Shown piece by piece: positions 57,603-64,000 of a stretch of DNA of 64,000 nucleotides. The translations under genes and the position numbers were made by a program. Position 1 is the first letter of the stretch, and every line of letters starts with the position of its first letter. Source of the stretch: Candidatus Latescibacterota bacterium (lineage in GTDB: Bacteria > Latescibacterota > UBA2968 > UBA8231); contig OZ241362.1 of NCBI GenBank assembly GCA_965200315.1, forward strand, positions 2,048,001 to 2,112,000, given 5' to 3'. A model generated the notes under the pieces. The model made no database searches. It was not told the DNA's origin and worked only from the letters and a program-made list of their open reading frames with translations.

Positions 57603-58880
57603 ATGACAACTCGCCAATATGCGCTGTACATCGGCAGCGTCTTGCTCCTCGCGCTAGGCTGCGGCGAAGAGCAAGACGCACGGGACCCCCAGCGCGGCGG
57701 TTGGGGCGGACGCGAAGCGGCGGCCATTCCGGTCAAAGGCGAAAAGGTCACTCGCGGCGACATGAACGCCTACATTGAGACGTACTCTCGCCTCGAAGCC
57801 GAGCGCCGAGTCAGCGTCTTGGCGCGCACGACCGGCCTAGTCGAGGAGCTCGCGGCCGAAGAGGGCGACCGAGTGCGCCAAGGCCAAGTGATGGTGCGCC
57901 TCAACAAGGACGAACTGAGCCTAAACTTGCGCCAAGCCGAACAGGCTTTTGCCGACGCCAGCACCAACTACGACCGCATCAAGGCGCTGTACGAGCGCAC
58001 CATGGTCAGCCAATCCGAATACGACGCGGCTCACCTCCGCTTGGACAATGCCAAGATCGGCCTCGAAGAAACCCAGCTCAATCTCGCGTACGCCGACGTT
58101 ACCGCGCCGATTGCTGGCGTCGTCACCCAGCGGTTGGTCGAAGTGGGCGACCTAGTGCGCGGCAATCAAGAAGTTTTCGTCATCGCCGACCGCGACCCGC
58201 TGTTGGTGCGCATCTTCGCGCCCGAGCAGCGCATGTACCAGCTACACCCCGGCCAAGAGGCGACCATCGCGGTCGAGGCCCTGCCCGACACGAGCTTCCG
58301 CGGCCGCATCCGCATGATTAGTCCAGAGATCGATCCCGCCAGCGGCACCGTCAAGGTCACCCTCGAAGTTGCCAGCAACGGCTTGCTCAAACCGGGGATG
58401 TTCGCCACGGTGCGCATTATTACCGAGCGGCGGCCCCAGACCTTGATCGTCCCCAAGAAGGCCCTAATCCTCGAGACCGACGAGGACGACGTCTTCCTCA
58501 TCGAGGACAGCAGGGTGCGCCGGGTCGCCGTTGAGTTGGGCTTTGTCGAGGGCGATCAAGTCGAGATCGTCGCCGGCCTCAAAGAAGGCGACCAAGTAGT
58601 AACCGTTGGTCACGAGGGCCTGAAAGACGGGGCGGCCGTGCGGCTGGCCGGCGAGGGCCTACCGACGCCAGAAGAATTGGCCGCCTCAGAGTCGGCTGGC
58701 CCCCGAGGCGGAGGATTTGGTCCGCCCGGGGCTAGAGGCGGCCTGTCCGACAGCTTGCGCCAAGTCATCGCCGAGTACCGCCGCCAAGGCAAGCCTTTGC
58801 CCGACAGCTTGCGCCAAGTTCTGCGCGCAATGCGCGAGCAGCGCGGCGGGGGCTGGCAAGGTAGAGGTAGAGGCCAGTGA
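57603..58880 (+). CDS. RND efflux periplasmic adaptor (MFP)
   Basis: Lipobox ALGC, APIAGVV, LKPGMFA, GLKEGDQVV. Confidence 0.92.
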   Translation: MTTRQYALYIGSVLLLALGCGEEQDARDPQRGGWGGREAAAIPVKGEKVTRGDMNAYIETYSRLEAERRVSVLARTTGLVEELAAEEGDRVRQGQVMVRLNKDELSLNLRQAEQAFADASTNYDRIKALYERTMVSQSEYDAAHLRLDNAKIGLEETQLNLAYADVTAPIAGVVTQRLVEVGDLVRGNQEVFVIADRDPLLVRIFAPEQRMYQLHPGQEATIAVEALPDTSFRGRIRMISPEIDPASGTVKVTLEVASNGLLKPGMFATVRIITERRPQTLIVPKKALILETDEDDVFLIEDSRVRRVAVELGFVEGDQVEIVAGLKEGDQVVTVGHEGLKDGAAVRLAGEGLPTPEELAASESAGPRGGGFGPPGARGGLSDSLRQVIAEYRRQGKPLPDSLRQVLRAMREQRGGGWQGRGRGQ

Positions 58881-61800
58881 AGCTAGTCGAGTTTTCCACT
58901 CGCCGCCGCGTCACGGTGGCGATGCTGATGGTGGCGATCATCGCCTTCGGCGGCGTGGGCTTTTCGCGCCTAGCCGTCAACCTCCTCCCCGACATCACCT
59001 ATCCCACCATCACGGTCCGCACCGAATACGAGGGCGTGGCTCCCCTCGAGGTCGAGCGCCTCATTTCCGAGCCGGTCGAAGGCTTGGTCGGCGTGGTCAG
59101 CAACGTGGTTCGCGTCTCGTCGGTCTCGCGGCCGGGCATCTCCGATGTGGTCGTCGAGTTCGGCTGGGGCACCAACATGGACTTTGCCTCGCTCGACATC
59201 CGCGAAAAGCTCGATTTGTCCAACCTGCCGCGCGACGCCAGCAAGCCCATCCTCCTGCGCTTCGACCCCTCGCTCGACCCCATAATGCGCTTGGCGTTTT
59301 ACGGTGATTTGAGCCTGATGGAGATGCGGCGCGTCGCCGAAGAGCGGCTGCGGCCCGACCTCGAAAGCCTTGAAGGCGTAGCGGCCGTCCGCATCAACGG
59401 CGGCCTCGAAGAAGAAATCCAAGTCGAGGTCGAAGCCCAGCGCCTCGCCTACCTCGGCATCTCCATTGCCCAAGTCACCAGCCGCCTCGCCGCGGAAAAC
59501 GTCAACCTGACCGGCGGGATGCTCAAGGACGGCGAGGCCGAGTTCCTCGTCCGCACCCTCAACGAGTTCCAAGGCATCGACGAGATCGGCGAGATCGTCA
59601 TCGGTCAGATTGACCGCGCGCCGATCAAGCTCAAGGATGTGGGTCGCGTCTTCCGCGGCCACCGCGAGCGCGACCTCGTCACCCGCATCAACGGCCGCGA
59701 GGGCGTCGAAGTCTCGGTCTTCAAGGAAGGCGACGCCAACACCGTCCAAGTCAGCTCGGCCGTGCAGGAGCGCTTGGACGAATTTCTCGCCGAGAATGCC
59801 ACGCTGCTGCAAGACAGCGGCATGGACGTGGTTTTCAACCAAGCGACCTTCATCCAGCAGGCCGTTGACGAGGTGCTCAACACCGCCATTATCGGGGGCA
59901 TCCTCGCGGTCATCGTGCTCTTCCTCTTCCTCCGCGACCTCAAAAGCACCGCCATCATCGGCCTCTCGATTCCTCTCTCGGTGGTGGCGACCTTTTTCCT
60001 GATGTTCGGCTCAGACGTAAGCCTCAATATCATGTCGCTGGGCGGGCTGGCTTTGGGGGTCGGGATGCTGGTTGACAACTCCATTGTGGTCTTGGAAAGC
60101 GTGCAGCGCTACCGAGACCAAGGGCTTAACGTCTTAGCCGCGGCCGTGCGCGGTGCCAGCGAGGTTGGCCGCGCCGTCATCGCCGCCACCACCACCACCA
60201 TCTGCGTGTTTTTGCCCATCGTCTTCGTCGAGGGCGTTGCCGGCCAGCTCTTCCGCGATCAAGCCCTGACCGTCACCTATTCGCTGGTCGCCTCGCTGGT
60301 GGTCGCCTTGATGCTGATCCCCATGCTCTCGTCGCTGAGCCTCAAAAGCATGATTGCCGAGCGCGAAGAGATCGGTCCCAAACGCGGCCTCCAAGGCCCC
60401 GCGCTGCTCATCCGCCTGATCCGCGCCCTAGCGCACGGTGCTGGCCGCGTCTTCTCCATCCTGCTCTTCCCCCTGTACTGGCTGTTCGACCTCGTCTTCA
60501 ACGCGCTCAACAAAGCGTATCCGCTCCTCTTGAGCTGGGCGCTGCGCTGGCGTCTGATCGTCCTCGCCATCTTTATTGTGATAGGGGCCTTAGTCCTCGA
60601 ACGAGCGCGCGGCCTAGGGCTGGAGTTGATCCCAGAGATGAGCCAAGGCGAATTCCTCGTCGATTTGGAATGGCGCGCAGGCACCCCGCTGGAGCAAACC
60701 GCCACCCAAGTCGCCGCCATGGACCGGCAGGTGCGCGGTCTCGATGGCATCGTCTCGGTCTTTGCCCTCGTCGGCAGCAGCGCCCAAGCTGGTGGCACGG
60801 CTGCCGACAAAAAGGAACACACCGCCCACCTCCACGTACGGCTCGCGCCCGAGGTTAGCGAAGAGGCCGCCATCGAAGCCGTGCGCGATCTTCTCGGGAA
60901 TATCCCCGAGCTGAAGTACAAATTTTCGCGGCCCGCTTATTTTTCCTTCCGCACCCCGGTAGAGGTGGAAATCCGCGGCTACAGTCTGAGCACCCTCGAG
61001 CTGTTGGCCAGCGAAGCCGTCGAGCGCCTGCACACCATTCCCGGTCTGACCGACATCCGTTCAAGCACGGCCGGCGGCCAACCCGAAGTCCAGATCTTCT
61101 TCGACCGCCGGCGCGTCGCCGAGCTGGGCACCACCGTGCAGAATATCGGCGAGTTGTTGCGCAACAAGCTACAAGGCGATGTCGCCACCGAGCTGGCGCG
61201 CCGCGACCGCAAGGTCGATATCCGGGTCCGCGCCCTCGACGAGGAGCGCCAGACCGTCGCCGACCTCAAGCAGATGGTCGTCAGCCCAGCCTCCTACCCG
61301 GTGCCGGTCGCCCTCGAATCGGTCGCCGAAGTCCGAGCCGTGGACGGCCCCGCCGAGATCCGCCGCCTCGACCAAGAGCGCGTCGCCGTCATCTCGGCCA
61401 ACCTCGACGGCCGCGATCTAGGTGGCGTAGTAGCGGAGATTGAAGCCGCCCTCGCCGGCTTGCCCCTGCCCGAGGGCTTCACCGTGTCGATCGGCGGCCA
61501 GAACGAGGAAATGGTCCGCTCCTTTGACAGCATGAAATTCGCCCTGTTGCTGGCCGTGTTCTTGGTCTATTTGGTGATGGCCTCGCAATTTGAATCGCTT
61601 TTGCACCCGCTGGTCATCATGTTCACCATTCCCCTCGGGCTGATCGGCAGCGCCCTCGGCCTGCTCGCGACCGGCACCACCATCAGCGTGGTGGTGCTCA
61701 TTGGTCTGATCATGCTCGCCGGTATTGTCGTCAACAACGCCATCGTGCTCGTCGATTACATTAACCGTCTGCGCCGCGACGAGGGCATGGAAAAATTCGC

Positions 61801-62017
61801 CGCGGTGTTGCGCGCCGGCACGGTGCGCTTCCGACCCATTCTAATGACTACCTCAACCACCGTCCTCGGGCTGTTGCCCATGGCCTTGGGGTTGGGCGAG
61901 GGGGCCGAGATCCGCACGCCCATGGCCATTACCGTCATCGGCGGGCTTTTGGTATCCACCCTGCTAACTCTGGTGCTCATTCCCGTGGTCTATACCCTGA
62001 TGGATCGCAGCGCTTAG
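58877..62017 (+). CDS. RND efflux permease (AcrB/MdtB family)
   Basis: GMLVDNSIVVLE, GIVVNNAIVLVD, RFRPILMT. Confidence 0.95.
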   Translation: MKLVEFSTRRRVTVAMLMVAIIAFGGVGFSRLAVNLLPDITYPTITVRTEYEGVAPLEVERLISEPVEGLVGVVSNVVRVSSVSRPGISDVVVEFGWGTNMDFASLDIREKLDLSNLPRDASKPILLRFDPSLDPIMRLAFYGDLSLMEMRRVAEERLRPDLESLEGVAAVRINGGLEEEIQVEVEAQRLAYLGISIAQVTSRLAAENVNLTGGMLKDGEAEFLVRTLNEFQGIDEIGEIVIGQIDRAPIKLKDVGRVFRGHRERDLVTRINGREGVEVSVFKEGDANTVQVSSAVQERLDEFLAENATLLQDSGMDVVFNQATFIQQAVDEVLNTAIIGGILAVIVLFLFLRDLKSTAIIGLSIPLSVVATFFLMFGSDVSLNIMSLGGLALGVGMLVDNSIVVLESVQRYRDQGLNVLAAAVRGASEVGRAVIAATTTTICVFLPIVFVEGVAGQLFRDQALTVTYSLVASLVVALMLIPMLSSLSLKSMIAEREEIGPKRGLQGPALLIRLIRALAHGAGRVFSILLFPLYWLFDLVFNALNKAYPLLLSWALRWRLIVLAIFIVIGALVLERARGLGLELIPEMSQGEFLVDLEWRAGTPLEQTATQVAAMDRQVRGLDGIVSVFALVGSSAQAGGTAADKKEHTAHLHVRLAPEVSEEAAIEAVRDLLGNIPELKYKFSRPAYFSFRTPVEVEIRGYSLSTLELLASEAVERLHTIPGLTDIRSSTAGGQPEVQIFFDRRRVAELGTTVQNIGELLRNKLQGDVATELARRDRKVDIRVRALDEERQTVADLKQMVVSPASYPVPVALESVAEVRAVDGPAEIRRLDQERVAVISANLDGRDLGGVVAEIEAALAGLPLPEGFTVSIGGQNEEMVRSFDSMKFALLLAVFLVYLVMASQFESLLHPLVIMFTIPLGLIGSALGLLATGTTISVVVLIGLIMLAGIVVNNAIVLVDYINRLRRDEGMEKFAAVLRAGTVRFRPILMTTSTTVLGLLPMALGLGEGAEIRTPMAITVIGGLLVSTLLTLVLIPVVYTLMDRSA

Positions 62018-62027
62018 GAGGTTGGCT

Positions 62028-64000
62028 ATGAACCTGTCGGAATTTTCGCTCAAACGGCCCGTGACCACCCTGATGCTTACCATCTGCGCCTTGGTGGTGG
62101 GTGTCGTCGCCTTAGACCGACTGCCCATAGAGCAGTTGCCGAGTATTTCCTCTTCTGGGATCACGGCTAGAGTCCAATACAACAGCTCCTCCCCCGAAGA
62201 GATCGAGCGCTTAGTGGTCCTGCCGCTGGAGCAGACGCTGGGTACGCTCAACAACATCGACCGCATTAGTTCGAGTTCGGGGCGCAATCAGGGCGAGGTG
62301 CGCGTGGACTTCAAGGCCGGCACCGACATGGACTTGGCCAACATGGAGATGCGCGAAAAACTCGACCAAGCCCGCGCCCTCCTGCCCCCGGACGTCGATC
62401 GCGTCAGCCTGCGCCGCTGGCAGTCCGACCAGCGCGCCATCATAGATGCCAACCTGACTTGGCGCGGCGATGGCGACCGCCTGCTCGACGTAATCCAGAA
62501 GGTTATTGAGCCACGGCTGCTGCGGCTCAATGGCGTCGTCAACGTGGTCATCGACGACTTTGAGGAAAAACAGCTCATCGTCGAGCTGGACCAAGAGCGC
62601 TTGCAAACCCACAACATATCGCTGCCCTCGCTCGGCTGGCAGCTCAACGAGAACAACATCAACATTTCGCTGGGCCGAGTCATGGACGGCGGCCAGCGCT
62701 ACATGGCCCGCGCCATCGGCGAGTTCACCCGCGCCGAGGACATTGCCAGCATGCCGCTTTTGGGCGGCCAGTTTCGCCTCAGCGACATCGGCGAGATCAA
62801 CTACGGCTACCCGGAAAAGCGCCGCTACGAACGGCTCAACGGCACCGATGCGCTGGAGCTAGAAATTTTCAAAGCCTCCACCGCCAACGTCGTCGATGTG
62901 GGCGAAGCCGTCGTCGCTGAGCTGCAGGCGATTGAGGACGAATACGATGGCAAACTCGGAATCTTCATCGACCGCAATCGCGCCGAGTCCGTGCTCAAAG
63001 AAGCCGGTACGCTGGTCAACTCAGCGCTGCTCGGCGCGTTTTTGGCGATGATCATCATATTCGTCTTTCTGCGCAACATCCGCTCGACCATCGTCATCGC
63101 CTTCGCCATCCCCACCTCGGCGCTGTGCGTCTTTATCGGCATGTACGTCGCCCGCGAGGTCTTTGCCTCGACCATCACCCTCAACATGGTCTCGATGATG
63201 GGGCTGATGCTGGCGGTGGGGATGTTGGTCGATCCGGCGGTAGTGGTGCTAGAGAGCATCTTCCGCCGCCGTCAAGAAGACGGCCTCGACGCCGATGAGG
63301 CCGCCCACGTGGGCAGCCGCGAAGTCGGCATGGCGGTGCTCGCTTCGGCGCTGACGACGATCTGCGTCTTCGTGCCCTTCTTCTTTCTCTCCGATGGCCG
63401 CTCGGCCACGTGGATGAAGGACGCCGGAATTGCGATATGCCTCGCCGTGGTGGTGTCGATGATCGTCTCGTTGTCGCTGATCCCGTTGGTGTCCTCGCGG
63501 CTGTTCCGCGCCGGGGTTGAGCGCTTCGACCACTGGCTCAAGCTGCTGGTCGTCGCCATCGTCGTGGGCATTGCCTACTGGCAGATCAGCGACCTCGGCT
63601 GGAGCGGCCTACAGGCTTGGTGGGTCCGCTGGTCCGGGCTGATTGCTACCTCAATCGGTGGGATGCAGTGGCAGACCATCCTCAGCTGTGCGCTCGCGGC
63701 GCTGGCCGGGGCCGCGCTCGGCTGGTACTGCTCTCGCCACGGCCTGCGTTCCTCGTATGGCCGCTTGCTCAACTGGACGCTCGACCACCGCTGGGTCGCG
63801 CTGCTGGCCACGGTAGCACTGACCGGCACTGGCTATTACCTCTACAACCAAATCGAGCAGCGCGGCACCCCTTGGACCCCAGAACGCCGGGTGGATATGT
63901 CAGTGATCATCGACCGCAGCTACAGCCTCGATGAGATCCGCGCACACTTTGAACAGATCGAAGACATCATCCTAGCGAAAAAAGACTCGCTCGACCTGCA
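62028..64000 (+). CDS. Second RND permease, partial
   Basis: ATG after AGGAGG; MNLSEFSLKRPVTT, GMLVDPAVVVLESI; open to the window edge. Confidence 0.9.
   Translation, partial: MNLSEFSLKRPVTTLMLTICALVVGVVALDRLPIEQLPSISSSGITARVQYNSSSPEEIERLVVLPLEQTLGTLNNIDRISSSSGRNQGEVRVDFKAGTDMDLANMEMREKLDQARALLPPDVDRVSLRRWQSDQRAIIDANLTWRGDGDRLLDVIQKVIEPRLLRLNGVVNVVIDDFEEKQLIVELDQERLQTHNISLPSLGWQLNENNINISLGRVMDGGQRYMARAIGEFTRAEDIASMPLLGGQFRLSDIGEINYGYPEKRRYERLNGTDALELEIFKASTANVVDVGEAVVAELQAIEDEYDGKLGIFIDRNRAESVLKEAGTLVNSALLGAFLAMIIIFVFLRNIRSTIVIAFAIPTSALCVFIGMYVAREVFASTITLNMVSMMGLMLAVGMLVDPAVVVLESIFRRRQEDGLDADEAAHVGSREVGMAVLASALTTICVFVPFFFLSDGRSATWMKDAGIAICLAVVVSMIVSLSLIPLVSSRLFRAGVERFDHWLKLLVVAIVVGIAYWQISDLGWSGLQAWWVRWSGLIATSIGGMQWQTILSCALAALAGAALGWYCSRHGLRSSYGRLLNWTLDHRWVALLATVALTGTGYYLYNQIEQRGTPWTPERRVDMSVIIDRSYSLDEIRAHFEQIEDIILAKKDSLDL

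Noticed and set aside
57172-57681. N-terminal extension of the 325-aa ORF
   Set aside because: Overlaps the RND promoter and a REP; the RBS supports a start at 57171.

Overview
GC-rich bacterial window. The gene content (FlgD-Ig/T9SS-like tails, a 'TWAQIK' tail, DUF6785-like membrane protein, CRTAC1/ASPIC proteins, many Gfo/Idh/MocA genes) suggests Latescibacterota/Gemmatimonadota-like (FCB-related) bacteria; this is an inference. The main feature is a twice-occurring module of uncharacterised envelope genes. It comprises six paralogous secreted beta-rich proteins ending in 'TPNGDGxND-FlgD-Ig-V(A/V)Y', two ~880-aa paralogues with Ca-binding-like loops and a beta-barrel-like C-terminus (one frameshifted), two PpiC-type lipoprotein foldases, TPR lipoproteins and CRTAC1 proteins. 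Together these are a candidate undescribed surface-protein export/assembly system. Also present: a decayed type I R-M/Fic island bounded by nested direct repeats, TA modules (phd-vapC, dead hicBA), an Rpn nuclease with an internal start, a MITE family, REP-like palindromes (two apparently in frame within genes), many internally deleted gene relics, a ThuA/PQQ-dehydrogenase/CBM6 protein, an ABC substrate-binding protein and an RND efflux operon running off the right edge. No rRNA, tRNA, CRISPR array, integrase or reverse transcriptase was recognised.
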